Assembly (NCBI GenBank): GCA_905213875.1
Contig: CAJMJN010000004.1
Location: 2,370 to 66,369, forward strand
Origin: an uncultured Clostridium sp.
GTDB taxonomy: Bacteria > Bacillota > Clostridia > TANB77 > CAG-508
Reading direction: 5' to 3'
DNA: 64,000 nt
The notes beneath the pieces were generated by a model that saw only the letters and a list, made by a program, of their open reading frames with translations, was not told the origin of the DNA and did not search any database. Positions 19,572 to 30,113 of the stretch are shown piece by piece (the first letter of the stretch is position 1; every line of letters begins with the position of its first letter). A program made the translations under genes and the position numbers.

Positions 19572-20861
19572 ATGATAGACATTAAATTTTTAAGAGAAAA
19601 TCCAGATGTTGTAAAAGAAAACATCAAAAACAAATTTCAAGATGCGAAACTTCCTCTAGTAGATGAAGTTATTGAACTTGATAAAAAAAGTAGAGAAGCA
19701 AAATTAAATGGAGATAATTTACGTTCTCAAAGAAAAAATTTGAGTAATCAAATTGGAAGTTTAATGAGATCTGGTAATAAAGATGAAGCTGAAAAAGTAA
19801 AAGCTGAAGTTACTGAAATAAATGCTAAATTAGAAGAAAATGAAAAATTAGAAAATGAATATTCTGAAGAAATAAAATCTAGAATGATGAAAATTCCTAA
19901 TATTATGCATCCATCAGTTCCAATCGGTAAAGATGATAATGAAAATGTTGAAATTCAAAGATTTGGTGAACCTGTCGTTCCAGATTATGAAATTCCATTT
20001 CATGGTGAAATATTAGAAGCTCTTGGTGGTTTAGATTTAGATAGTGCTAGACGTGTTGCAGGTCAAGGTTTTTATTATTTAATGGGTGATGTTGCAAGAC
20101 TTCATTCTGCTGTTTTAACTTATGCAAGAGATTTTATGATAAATAAAGGGTTTACTTATTGCATACCACCTTTTATGATTCGTTCAGATGTTGTAACAGG
20201 TGTTATGAGTTTTGAAGAAATGGATGCAATGATGTACAAAATTGAAGGAGAAGATTTATATTTAATTGGTACTTCTGAACATTCTATGATTGGTAAATTT
20301 AAAGATCAAATTTTAAATAAAGAAGACATGCCATATACTATGACATCATATTCTCCTTGTTTTAGAAAAGAAAAAGGTGCTCATGGTATTGAAGAACGTG
20401 GCGTTTACCGCATACATCAATTTGAAAAACAAGAAATGATAGTTGTTTGCGAACCAGAAGATAGCTGGGAATGGTATGATAAAATGTGGTCATATACAGT
20501 TGAATTCTTTAGAAGTATGGGAATTCCTGTTAGAACATTAGAATGTTGTTCAGGTGACCTAGCTGACTTAAAAGCAAAATCTTGTGATGTTGAAGCTTGG
20601 AGCCCTCGTCAAAAGAAATATTTTGAAGTTGGTAGTTGTTCTAACTTAACTGATGCACAAGCTCGTAGACTTGGTATTAGAATAAAAGGTGAAAATGGAA
20701 CATATTTTGCACATACTTTAAACAATACCGTTGTTGCCCCACCTAGAATGCTTATTTCTATCATGGAAAATAATTATCAACCTGATGGTTCTGTAATTAT
20801 TCCAGAAGTTTTAAGACCATATATGGGCGGATTAGAAAAAATTCAAGTTAAAAAAAAGTAA
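19572..20861 (+). CDS. serS: Serine--tRNA ligase
   Basis: MIDIKFLRENPDVVKENIKNKF with an N-terminal coiled-coil arm, and class II motifs (YRIHQFEKQEM, FAHTLNNT). Confidence 0.95.
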   Translation: MIDIKFLRENPDVVKENIKNKFQDAKLPLVDEVIELDKKSREAKLNGDNLRSQRKNLSNQIGSLMRSGNKDEAEKVKAEVTEINAKLEENEKLENEYSEEIKSRMMKIPNIMHPSVPIGKDDNENVEIQRFGEPVVPDYEIPFHGEILEALGGLDLDSARRVAGQGFYYLMGDVARLHSAVLTYARDFMINKGFTYCIPPFMIRSDVVTGVMSFEEMDAMMYKIEGEDLYLIGTSEHSMIGKFKDQILNKEDMPYTMTSYSPCFRKEKGAHGIEERGVYRIHQFEKQEMIVVCEPEDSWEWYDKMWSYTVEFFRSMGIPVRTLECCSGDLADLKAKSCDVEAWSPRQKKYFEVGSCSNLTDAQARRLGIRIKGENGTYFAHTLNNTVVAPPRMLISIMENNYQPDGSVIIPEVLRPYMGGLEKIQVKKK

Positions 20862-20872
20862 TTAAATACTAA

Positions 20873-20910
20873 AAAAGACGGGTTCCAGATATTTGGAACC
20901 GCCTTTTATA
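20873..20910 (+). terminator. Rho-independent terminator after serS
   Basis: GGTTCC-AGATATTT-GGAACC hairpin with GC-rich flanks (GACGG/GCC) followed by TTTT. Confidence 0.6.
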
Positions 20911-20928
20911 TTATATGGAGGTATAAAT

Positions 20929-21510
20929 ATGATAGTTAAAAATCCTCAATTTGAAGTTTCTGCAGTTAGTCCTAAACAATATCCTAAAAATGGATTACCT
21001 GAAATAGTTTTAGTTGGAAAATCTAATGTTGGAAAATCAAGTTTTGTTAATACTATGATAAATAGAAAAAAATTAGCTCGTACAAGTAGCGAGCCTGGTA
21101 AAACTAGACAAATAAATTTCTACAATATAGATGACTCTTTCTATTTCGTTGACTTACCTGGATATGGGTATAGCAAGATGTCTAAAAAAGAACAAGCACA
21201 GGTTGGTGATTTTATTGAAGAATATCTATTTAACAGAAAAGAAATCGCTTTAATAATTTTCTTAATTGATATTCGTCATAACCCAACTGCAAATGATTTG
21301 CTTATGTACAATTATGTTATTTCAGCCAAATTACCTTTTATAATTTTAACTAATAAGGCTGATAAAATTGCAATAACAAAAGTTGATAATGCAGTTAAAA
21401 ATTTACAAAAACAAATTAATCCAATTGGTGATGTAACTACTTTACCATTTTCAGCTGAAAGAAAAATTTATAAAGATGATGTTTGGAATATAATTGAACA
21501 ATATATTTAA
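20929..21510 (+). CDS. engB: Ribosome biogenesis GTPase EngB/YsxC
   Basis: The start was chosen at MIVKNPQFEVSAV after a GGAGG RBS. G1 GKSNVGKSS, G3 DLPGYG and G4 TNKADK motifs. Confidence 0.9.
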   Translation: MIVKNPQFEVSAVSPKQYPKNGLPEIVLVGKSNVGKSSFVNTMINRKKLARTSSEPGKTRQINFYNIDDSFYFVDLPGYGYSKMSKKEQAQVGDFIEEYLFNRKEIALIIFLIDIRHNPTANDLLMYNYVISAKLPFIILTNKADKIAITKVDNAVKNLQKQINPIGDVTTLPFSAERKIYKDDVWNIIEQYI

Positions 21511-21577
21511 AAAAGAGCTTTTGCTCAGTCAATTACATTTTGTAATTAAACTGTGCTTAGCTCTTTTATTTTATATT

Positions 21578-21871
21578 TTAGCAACAACATTTGCATTTAT
21601 TTTTCTTATCTTTACCTTTGTTACAGAATAATAATATTAGTGTCAAGATTAGTAATATTCCTAGGACTACTGCTAAAACTATTATAGCTGCCAATGCTTC
21701 TAAGAACGTTCCTGCTAATGATGCACCAATTATTATGCCTATAACGGTTGTAAATGCTGCAAGTAATATCGCTGCTACTATTCCTAAACAGTTCTTTTTA
21801 TTTTTGCATTTTGGTTCTTTATTATCATAGCAATAAATTGTATCTTGTGGCTCCATAGAAGTCACCTCCAA
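21578..21871 (-). CDS. Small cysteine-rich membrane protein, unknown function
   Basis: 97 aa. Two predicted TM helices are flanked by Lys/Cys-rich termini (YCYDNKEPKCKNKKNC ... FCNKGKDKKNKCKCCC). RBS GGAGGTG. Confidence 0.5.
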   Translation of the reverse strand: MEVTSMEPQDTIYCYDNKEPKCKNKKNCLGIVAAILLAAFTTVIGIIIGASLAGTFLEALAAIIVLAVVLGILLILTLILLFCNKGKDKKNKCKCCC

Positions 21872-21996
21872 TATAGTATTTATTAATACTATACTATATT
21901 ATATGTATTTTAAGATATATTGTGATATTATACTTTTAATCTTATATTATATTCCATATTATCTTTTTATAAATTTTACTTAAAGTTATATTACAA

Positions 21997-22182
21997 TTAT
22001 TCTGCTTTTTTTTCTATTTTAGTAATTGCTTTTTTAGCTTTTTCTCTAGGTATCATAATAACATGTCCACATCCTTGGCATTTAAGTTTAAAGTCAACCC
22101 CTACTCTTGTTATTTCCCATAATTTACTTCCACATGGATGTTGCTTTTTAGTTCTTACAATGTCTCCTATGTTATATTCCAT
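21997..22182 (-). CDS. DUF951-family small protein
   Basis: MEYNIGDIVRTKKQHPCGSKLWEITRVGVDFKLKCQGCGHVIMIPREKA matches the DUF951 pattern (CG...CxxC), as recalled from the family. Confidence 0.65.
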   Translation of the reverse strand: MEYNIGDIVRTKKQHPCGSKLWEITRVGVDFKLKCQGCGHVIMIPREKAKKAITKIEKKAE

Positions 22183-22286
22183 AATTACTCTCTTTCTTTT
22201 TACTATTTTAGTTATTTTAAATAAAAACAATATATAATATATATATTGTTTTTATCAATAATCATATAAAATTGCAAATATAAATT

Positions 22287-23933
22287 TTATGAATTTATTG
22301 CCTTTTCATATCTAGCAACTATTCTATCTTTTCCTAAAATTTTCATAATTTCATACATATCTGGGGTATTTGTTCTTCCTGTTAATGCAACTCTTAAAAC
22401 TGTACTTATATCTCCAACATGTGCTTTATATTTACCTGGGTTTGCTTTAAATTCTTTTACATCTTTACAATATCCCATTTCTTCTGTTAATTCTTTTATC
22501 TTGTCAAACCAAGTTTGCTTGTCATCTGCATCATCATAGTATTTTTCTATATATGTTTTTAATATTTTATTAATTTCTTCTTTATCTGATATTACTTGAT
22601 ATGGATATTCTTTAACATTAAATAATTCGTCATACATATAATTAATATTTTCTTTTACATCTGACCATTTTGCAATATCCTTTCTTGGCTTTTTATTTCC
22701 TCTTTCTATTCCAAATACTTTTAATGAATATTCTTTATCTTCTAATATTTTTTCAAGTTCACTGTCATGACGTTTTGCCCATTTCATTGCTTCTTCATAT
22801 ACTTGTTCTGCAGTAAATTTAGATATCACTGTTTTCCCTACATCAAGTAATTTTACCATATCAAATAAGGCTCCACTAACACTCATTTTCTTTATTTCTA
22901 AATTAAATTCTGAAATATCTTTATCTGGATTAGCTCTTCTCCAATTTTCAAATGTTGAATTAGCAATATTTAATAAATATTCTTTTACTGCTTCTTTTGG
23001 AATACCTTCTTCTTCGTAATAAGAAACTGCTGCTTCTGCATCTTTTCTTTTACTTAGCTTTCTCTTATTTCCATTATCATTTTTCATAATTGGTGCAATA
23101 TGTGCATATTTAGGTGGTTTGAATCCTAATTCTTGGAATAATTGTAAATGTAATGGAACTGATGATAACCATTCATCACCTCTAATTGCAAGTGTTGTTC
23201 CCATTAAATGGTCATCAACTGCATGTGCAAAATGGTATGTTGGTAATCCATCACCTTTTATGATTACTACATCTTGGTCATTTTCTGGAAATTCTACATT
23301 TCCTTTTATTACATCTTTATGTTTTATTTTTCTATCTTCTCTTCCAGGTGATTTAAAACGAATAATATAGCTTTCACCATTTTTTATTTTTTCAGCCATT
23401 TCTTCTAGTGTTAGATGTCTACATTTTGCCCATACTCCATAATATCCTGGACGTATTTTAGCAGTTTCTTGTTTTTGTCTTATTTCATCAATTTCTTCTT
23501 GGCTACAAAAACATGGATACGCTTTTCCTTGTTCTATCATATATTTAGCATATGCTTGATATATTTCTTTTCTTTCAGATTGTTTATATGGTCCATAACA
23601 TCCTTTTTCTTCTGTTTCTGATGTCATACCTTCATCTGGTACAATATCAAAATCTTTTAAACTATTTACTATTCCACTAACACCATTTTCAACTTCTCTT
23701 TTTTGATCTGTATCTTCTATTCTTAAGAAAAATACTCCTTCTGTTTGGCTAGCTAATTTTCTTGCAATTAAACTTTGATATAAGCCACCAATGTGTACAA
23801 ATCCTGTTGGACTTGGTGCAAATCTTGTTACAATTGATCCTTCTTTTAGATTTCTTCCTGGATATTTTTCTTCATAGTATGATATTTCCTTTGCATTTGG
23901 AAATATTAAGTTTGCTAATTCTTTATAGTCCAT
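22287..23933 (-). CDS. gltX: Glutamate--tRNA ligase (long form)
   Basis: The start was chosen at MDYKELANL after AAGGAGG. RFAPSPTGFVHIGG (HIGH) and KLSKRK (KMSKS) class I motifs. EDTDQKR is typical of GluRS. Confidence 0.9.
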   Translation of the reverse strand: MDYKELANLIFPNAKEISYYEEKYPGRNLKEGSIVTRFAPSPTGFVHIGGLYQSLIARKLASQTEGVFFLRIEDTDQKREVENGVSGIVNSLKDFDIVPDEGMTSETEEKGCYGPYKQSERKEIYQAYAKYMIEQGKAYPCFCSQEEIDEIRQKQETAKIRPGYYGVWAKCRHLTLEEMAEKIKNGESYIIRFKSPGREDRKIKHKDVIKGNVEFPENDQDVVIIKGDGLPTYHFAHAVDDHLMGTTLAIRGDEWLSSVPLHLQLFQELGFKPPKYAHIAPIMKNDNGNKRKLSKRKDAEAAVSYYEEEGIPKEAVKEYLLNIANSTFENWRRANPDKDISEFNLEIKKMSVSGALFDMVKLLDVGKTVISKFTAEQVYEEAMKWAKRHDSELEKILEDKEYSLKVFGIERGNKKPRKDIAKWSDVKENINYMYDELFNVKEYPYQVISDKEEINKILKTYIEKYYDDADDKQTWFDKIKELTEEMGYCKDVKEFKANPGKYKAHVGDISTVLRVALTGRTNTPDMYEIMKILGKDRIVARYEKAINS

Positions 23934-24018
23934 TTTATATTCCTCCTTAAGTGCTTTTACACTCATAATTATAATTTTTATCTTTAATTATATTTAATGT
24001 AAAGTTCCTTAAGATTTT

Positions 24019-25959
24019 TTATACTTCCATAATAATTGGTATAATCATTGGGTTTCTTTTTGTTTTTGCAAATATATAATCTCTTAAGTTTTCTCTTACA
24101 GTTGTTTTTATTGTTGACCAATCACGAATTTCTCTTTCTTCACATTTTTTAACTTCATGTCTTACAACTGCTTTTACATCATCCATTAAATTTTCTGATT
24201 CTCTAACATAAACAAATCCTCTTGAAATAACATCTGGCCCAGCTATTACTTCTCCTGTTGATCCATCCATTGTTAATACTATGATTATTAAACCATCTTG
24301 TGATAAATGTTGTCTATCTCTTAATACAATATTTCCAACATCTCCTACTCCTAAACCATCAACAAGCACTCTTCCACTTTGAACTGTACTTGTAAATTCA
24401 GCACTATCTTCATTAATTTCTAATACTCTACCATTTTGTAACATTATGATGTTGTCTTTGTCTATTCCCATACTTTGAGCGGTTTCACTATGGGCAATTA
24501 ATTGTCTATATTCTCCATGTACTGGTATAAAGTATTTTGGTTTCGCTAATGCTATTATTAATTTTTGTTCTTCTTGACAAGCATGTCCTGATACGTGAAC
24601 ATCTTCTAATGCACTATATACAACTTCTGCTCCTATTTGCATTAAATCATCAATTACTTTTGATACAAATTTCTCGTTTCCTGGTATAGGTGTTGCAGAA
24701 ATAATTACTAAATCATTTGGTGTGATTTTTACTTTTCTATGATCCCCTGCTGCCATTCTTGTTAATGCTGACATTGGTTCTCCCTGACTTCCTGTTGTAA
24801 TTATAACTAGTTGTTCATCAGTATAATTTTTTATCATATCTATATCAATAAATAAATTTTCTGGACATTCGATATATCCTAATTCTCTTGCAGTTGTGAT
24901 CATATTTATCATACTTCTTCCACATACTGCAATTTTTCTGTTATATTTTATCGCTGCATTAACAATTTGTTGAACCCTGTGTACATTTGATGCAAATGTT
25001 GCTACAACTATTCTTTTTGTACAATGTAAAAATAATTTATCAAATACTTCTCCTACTGAACTTTCAGACATTGTAAATCCTTTTCTTTCACTATTTGTAC
25101 TGTCTGACATTAATGCTAAAATTCCTTGTTCTCCTAGTTCAGCAATTCTTCCAAAGTCCATTATTTTTCCATCTATTGGTGTAAAGTCTACTTTGAAGTC
25201 ACCAGTGTGCAATATTGTTCCTGCTGGTGTTGTTATTCCTAGCATTACTGAATCTGGGATACTATGTGAACTTCTAATAAATTCTACTTTAAAGTTTTTT
25301 CCTAATTTAACTGTTTCGCCTTGAGTAACTTCATGTAATTCAGTTGTTCTTAATAATTTGTGTTCTTCTAATTTATTTTTTATTAATCCAACTGTTAATT
25401 TAGTTGCATAAATTGGAACATTTATTTTCTTTAATAAATATGGTATTGAACCAATATGATCTTCATGTCCATGTGTTATTACTAATCCTTTTATTTTATC
25501 CACATTTTTTTCTAGATATGTTATATCTGGTATAACTAAGTCTATTCCTAACATATCATCTTCTGGGAATGATAAACCACAATCAACAACTATTATTTCA
25601 TTTTCATATTCAAAAACTGTTATATTTTTTCCTATTTCATGTAATCCACCTAATGGAATTATTTTTAATTTTGATTTTTTGAATATTGATTTATTTGTAT
25701 TTCTTGTTGTTTTTCTTCTTTGAGTAGTAGTACTTTTTCCTGCTTTTACCGTTTTTGCGTTTTCTCTTTTAGCTATTGATGTACTTTCTTTTTCTACTGC
25801 CCTTGTTCTTCTTTTTGTTTCTGAACTTTTGGCAGTTCTTTTTACTCCTTCTCTAGTCTTTTTTACATTTTCCCCTTCTTTTTTAGCTACTCTTTTTCTT
25901 TTTGTTTCTACTTTGGCTTTACTTTTGGTTTGCTTTTTTTCTAAATTCTCTTCTGCCAT
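24019..25959 (-). CDS. rnj: Ribonuclease J with a ~90-aa Lys/Arg-rich N-terminal extension
   Basis: Metallo-beta-lactamase/beta-CASP motifs (ITHGHEDHIG, HVSGHA). The core begins at KLKIIPLGGLHEIGKN. It is preceded by a KKQTKSKAKVETKRKRVAKK... basic low-complexity region. Confidence 0.92.
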   Translation of the reverse strand: MAEENLEKKQTKSKAKVETKRKRVAKKEGENVKKTREGVKRTAKSSETKRRTRAVEKESTSIAKRENAKTVKAGKSTTTQRRKTTRNTNKSIFKKSKLKIIPLGGLHEIGKNITVFEYENEIIVVDCGLSFPEDDMLGIDLVIPDITYLEKNVDKIKGLVITHGHEDHIGSIPYLLKKINVPIYATKLTVGLIKNKLEEHKLLRTTELHEVTQGETVKLGKNFKVEFIRSSHSIPDSVMLGITTPAGTILHTGDFKVDFTPIDGKIMDFGRIAELGEQGILALMSDSTNSERKGFTMSESSVGEVFDKLFLHCTKRIVVATFASNVHRVQQIVNAAIKYNRKIAVCGRSMINMITTARELGYIECPENLFIDIDMIKNYTDEQLVIITTGSQGEPMSALTRMAAGDHRKVKITPNDLVIISATPIPGNEKFVSKVIDDLMQIGAEVVYSALEDVHVSGHACQEEQKLIIALAKPKYFIPVHGEYRQLIAHSETAQSMGIDKDNIIMLQNGRVLEINEDSAEFTSTVQSGRVLVDGLGVGDVGNIVLRDRQHLSQDGLIIIVLTMDGSTGEVIAGPDVISRGFVYVRESENLMDDVKAVVRHEVKKCEEREIRDWSTIKTTVRENLRDYIFAKTKRNPMIIPIIMEV

Positions 25960-26371
25960 AAAATCTCCCTTCTTTTTTATAACTTTTTGGCTTCTTGCCT
26001 AATCTCCTGAGTTTTATCTTTTTTCCTAATTATTTTTATATACATTAATAAAGCTTATATTTATATTGCTTCTCCCAGCTTTTATATAAACTATTATAGA
26101 AAATTATATTACACAAAAATTCTCTCAATTTTTTCTCGTGTCTAAATAATCTTGCTTTACATTTTTTACATTTACTTTATTAAATTATTTTTCCGCTCTC
26201 ATATTTTTCGTATACCTTACTACATTTTAATTAGGTATCATTTATAATAAAATCTCATAATATAGCATTTACATATGCTATCAACTGTTTCCAATTATAC
26301 TATATTAGCTCGAAAAAGTCAAGAAAAGAGGAAAGCCCAATAATTTTAAACTTTCCTCTTCAATTTTATTA

Positions 26372-27238
26372 TTATTTATTTTCTCCTCTTCCTTCTGGAA
26401 GTGCATCTGAATAGTCTATAACTACTCTTATTCTTGTAATTGCTTTTACAGCTCTCACTATTTTACTATTTTTTATTCTTTGCCATAAACTTGGTTTAGC
26501 TTCAAATGTCATTTCTTGATTATATTGTTGTTGTTCTATTTCTTGTATTGGTGTTTCTTTTTCTGGTTCAGCAACTTCTATATTTTCAACAACAGGTTGT
26601 TCCTCTACTTCTTCAACTGGTGTTGGAATAGATTTTAATGCATCTGCAATTTCAATTCCTATATAACTTAAAGCTTTTGATTTATCTTCTATTCTTTCCA
26701 TATCTATTTCTATATGTAGATTAGATTCCAAATTGTTTACTCTTGCATTTAGTAATTTCATTGCATCTTGATAATTTTGTGAAGTTGTTCCTTTAGCTTT
26801 TCCTATTATATTTAATGGCTCAATTATATCTTCTGAAAAATCTTCTTCTGCTGCTTTAACCTGTTCTTTCCAGTCTTCTTCTTTATTTTCAACTGCTTCC
26901 ATTACTTCTTTTAATTTACCAGCTAATGCAATATTTTCTTCTCTTTGTCTAATTAATTCTTCAATTCTTTTAGTATTTTCTTCAAATTGATTTGTTGCAT
27001 ATTCTACTAATCCGTAAGCTGCTTTATATACACTTGCTGGAAAATTTTTCTTTTTAGGATATTCTATTAAATATGTTTTTATAGATTCAACTAAATCTTT
27101 AAAATATGTATCATCTTCTAGTTGAACTATTTGTTTCTTACTTTTGGGATTTATTAATTTTTGTACTTTATCTATATTTGATAATATTTTTTCTTCAGTG
27201 ATAACCATTCTCACATTTACTATGCCAGATTTAGACAT
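26372..27238 (-). CDS. Hypothetical acidic coiled-coil protein
   Basis: 288 aa, Glu-rich, predicted helical. I recognise no motif. It has an RBS GGAGG and a terminator hairpin downstream at about 26322-26362. Confidence 0.55.
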   Translation of the reverse strand: MSKSGIVNVRMVITEEKILSNIDKVQKLINPKSKKQIVQLEDDTYFKDLVESIKTYLIEYPKKKNFPASVYKAAYGLVEYATNQFEENTKRIEELIRQREENIALAGKLKEVMEAVENKEEDWKEQVKAAEEDFSEDIIEPLNIIGKAKGTTSQNYQDAMKLLNARVNNLESNLHIEIDMERIEDKSKALSYIGIEIADALKSIPTPVEEVEEQPVVENIEVAEPEKETPIQEIEQQQYNQEMTFEAKPSLWQRIKNSKIVRAVKAITRIRVVIDYSDALPEGRGENK

Positions 27239-27434
27239 TGTAAATTACCTCCTTCATCTTACGCGTATTCAGCTTTGCTGTTCTCTATTATTATACATTA
27301 ACCTACAAAAAACTACAAGATACAGCAGTTATTTTTTCTGTTAAATTTTTATTACAGTAACATTACAATAATATTACAAAAAAGTTTTAATGGTATTTCT
27401 GCATTGTTTTTCGATTTCTATGACTCATGAAATA

Positions 27435-27464
27435 AGTCCAATTCTAATCGAATTGGACTCTTTT
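27435..27464 (-). terminator. Terminator after the acyl-CoA ligase gene
   Basis: AGTCCAATTC-TAAT-CGAATTGGACT palindrome with T-rich tails on both strands. Confidence 0.55.
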
Positions 27465-27509
27465 AGAGCTAAAATATCTGTACTTACAATAAATTTATCA
27501 TATTTTTTC

Positions 27510-29222
27510 TTATAATACTGTTTTTATTTCTTCAGCTCTTTTTGTTTTCTGTGTTGTTGTTTTTATTAATTCTTTATCTGTAATACTAATATCCCTAATA
27601 TATTTATAAGCTGGCATTTCCTTATTTACTTTTTTAACTTCTTTCCATAGTATATCTTTTAATTCAGATTCATCTATAGTTCCATATGCTTCTTTTGCAA
27701 TTTCTGGATCATATACAATTTTAGCACAAATTTTATAATCCCCATCATCTTCTGGTCTTCCATATACAAAACTTTCTTTAACCCCTTCAATTTTATTTAC
27801 TAATGTCTCTAGTTCTTCTGGGAATATATTTTTTCCATTTTTTAATACTATTACAAATTTCTTTCTTCCAGAAATAAATATATATCCATCTTTATCTATT
27901 CTTGCTAAGTCTCCTGTATGTAGCCATTCTCCTTCTAATGTTTCTTTTGTAGCTTCTTCATTATTATAATAACCAAGCATAATTGATGGTCCTTTTGCTA
28001 CTAGTTCTCCAATTCCATCTTCATCTGGGTCTAATATTTTCGCATCTATACTCGGAAAAGCTTTTCCTATTGATCCTATTTTTTGATACTTGTCATCCTC
28101 AGCAGCTATAACTGGTGAACTTTCTGTAAGTCCATATCCTTGGTACATTGTAAATCCCATTGCATTAAATCCTTTTTCTGTTTCTGGATCTAATGCAGCA
28201 CCTCCTGAAACAAATAATCTAGCATCTTCACCTAATGTTTGATGTACTTCTTTAAATAATTGTTTTCTTATATCAATACCAAATTTTAGTAGAAATTGGC
28301 TTATTTTCATTCCTTTTTTTACCGTTTCTAGTTTACCTTTTTTCTCAATTCCTTTCATTACTTTTTTATACATAGATTCAAAAAGTATTGGAACTGATAT
28401 CATTGCTGTAATTTTATATTCTTTTATATTTTCTGCAATATGTCTTATCCCATCACAGAAGCAAATTGCTCCACCAACTGATATTGGATATAAAAATCCA
28501 ACTGTACATTCAAAAGTATGATGTAATGGTAAAAACGATAAAAATCTATCTTTTTCTGTTACTTTTATTACTGATGTAATATCTGCTAAATTTGAACAAA
28601 TATTTTTATGTGATAACATTACTGCTTTTGACATTGCTGTTGTTCCTGAAGTAAATAACATTATTCCCATTTTTTCGTTATCTATTTTAGCATTTAAAAA
28701 TTCTTTGTTTCCATTATCTATTAGTACTTTTCCTTGTTCTGTTAGCTCTTTTTGTGATTTTATACCATCTTCTTCTTTTTCTAAATCCATAGATATAAAA
28801 TATTTTAAATTAGTATTTTTTTGTTCTTTTATTTTATTCATAACTTCATTATATTTTTTTGAATAAAATATTGCTTCAACTTCTGAACGAATTATTAAAT
28901 TTTCAATTTCATTGTCTGGTAATGCTTTATCTAAAGGAACAATTACTCCTACTCCTGTTGCAACTGCAAGGTAATCCACTGCCCATTCATATCTATTTTC
29001 TGATATTACAGCTATTCTCTTATCTTTTAGTCCCATATCTATCAATTTTGTTCCTAAATTGTTTATTTCATCTCTGAATTCTTTATGTGTTATTTCCATA
29101 AATTTATCTTTTTTTTCTGTCTTAAATATATATGCTGGTCTATCTCCAAACTTTTTCCCTGATTCTTGTAGCATTTCTTTTAAATCTGAATATTTTGTAA
29201 ATTTATGTATTGGTTTTCTCAT
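27510..29222 (-). CDS. Long-chain fatty acid--CoA ligase (AMP-binding family)
   Basis: AMP-binding signature LFTSGTTAMSKAV, plus YGLTES and GDLARIDKDGYIFISGRKK motifs. Confidence 0.85.
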   Translation of the reverse strand: MRKPIHKFTKYSDLKEMLQESGKKFGDRPAYIFKTEKKDKFMEITHKEFRDEINNLGTKLIDMGLKDKRIAVISENRYEWAVDYLAVATGVGVIVPLDKALPDNEIENLIIRSEVEAIFYSKKYNEVMNKIKEQKNTNLKYFISMDLEKEEDGIKSQKELTEQGKVLIDNGNKEFLNAKIDNEKMGIMLFTSGTTAMSKAVMLSHKNICSNLADITSVIKVTEKDRFLSFLPLHHTFECTVGFLYPISVGGAICFCDGIRHIAENIKEYKITAMISVPILFESMYKKVMKGIEKKGKLETVKKGMKISQFLLKFGIDIRKQLFKEVHQTLGEDARLFVSGGAALDPETEKGFNAMGFTMYQGYGLTESSPVIAAEDDKYQKIGSIGKAFPSIDAKILDPDEDGIGELVAKGPSIMLGYYNNEEATKETLEGEWLHTGDLARIDKDGYIFISGRKKFVIVLKNGKNIFPEELETLVNKIEGVKESFVYGRPEDDGDYKICAKIVYDPEIAKEAYGTIDESELKDILWKEVKKVNKEMPAYKYIRDISITDKELIKTTTQKTKRAEEIKTVL

Positions 29223-29289
29223 TATTAAAATCATTCCCTTCTAAAGGTTTCAAATAATTTACTAATTTTTTATTATTATATCTACCTTA

Positions 29290-29859
29290 TTAATGTACCT
29301 TTAATCCTTTTATTATTGTATTTTCAAATTCTTTATATAATTTTATGATATTAAATTCCTCTTTATCTCTTACTTTATATACTAAACTTGAGCAAATTAA
29401 TCCATATATTTCTGAAGCAATTGCTTGTGGGTTTCCAGCCTTTATCTCTCCTTTTTCTATCCCTTCTTTTACTATTTGTTCAATTTGATTTATGTATAGA
29501 AAAATTTGATTTTTACACATTTGATTTCTTGATTCATTTCCCCAAAATTGACTTAATAAAATTGTTATAAGATCTTCATATTTATCTACAATTTTTATTT
29601 GTATTAAAACAATTGCTTTTAGCTTATCTATATAATTAGAAAATTTTGCAGTTTTTATATCAACACTATTTTGTAATAATTTTATCCCTTCTTCAACAAG
29701 AAAATTAAATATTTCTTCTTTACTCGAAAAATGATAATATAAAGTTCCCTTAGCCACTCCTACTGTTGCAGTTATTTCTTCTATACTGGTAGCGTCATAT
29801 CCTTTTTCTGCAAATAGTTTCATTGAAGTTTCAAATATTTTTCTTTTCGTTTTATTCAT
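29290..29859 (-). CDS. TetR/AcrR-family transcriptional regulator
   Basis: N-terminal HTH (KRKIFETSMKLFAEKGYDATSIEEITATVGVAKGTLYYHFSSKEEI). It lies upstream of and is co-oriented with the acyl-CoA ligase. Confidence 0.85.
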   Translation of the reverse strand: MNKTKRKIFETSMKLFAEKGYDATSIEEITATVGVAKGTLYYHFSSKEEIFNFLVEEGIKLLQNSVDIKTAKFSNYIDKLKAIVLIQIKIVDKYEDLITILLSQFWGNESRNQMCKNQIFLYINQIEQIVKEGIEKGEIKAGNPQAIASEIYGLICSSLVYKVRDKEEFNIIKLYKEFENTIIKGLKVH

Positions 29860-30113
29860 TTTTACCTCATTTCAATTTCATAGGATAAAGTTTTACTTGC
29901 TTAAACTTTTTAATTATTATTTTTTATCCATAATAATTCCTACTTATTATATATATTTTTATTCAATAATGCAATAGTTTTATTTTTTTTTGAATCACTC
30001 GTACAAAAAATACCATTAAACATTTTTATTATTTTAGAAATTTACTTTCTACTTACATGTTTCAATGGTATTTTTATTATAATTATAATTCCTTTATTTA
30101 CATTATAAAAATT

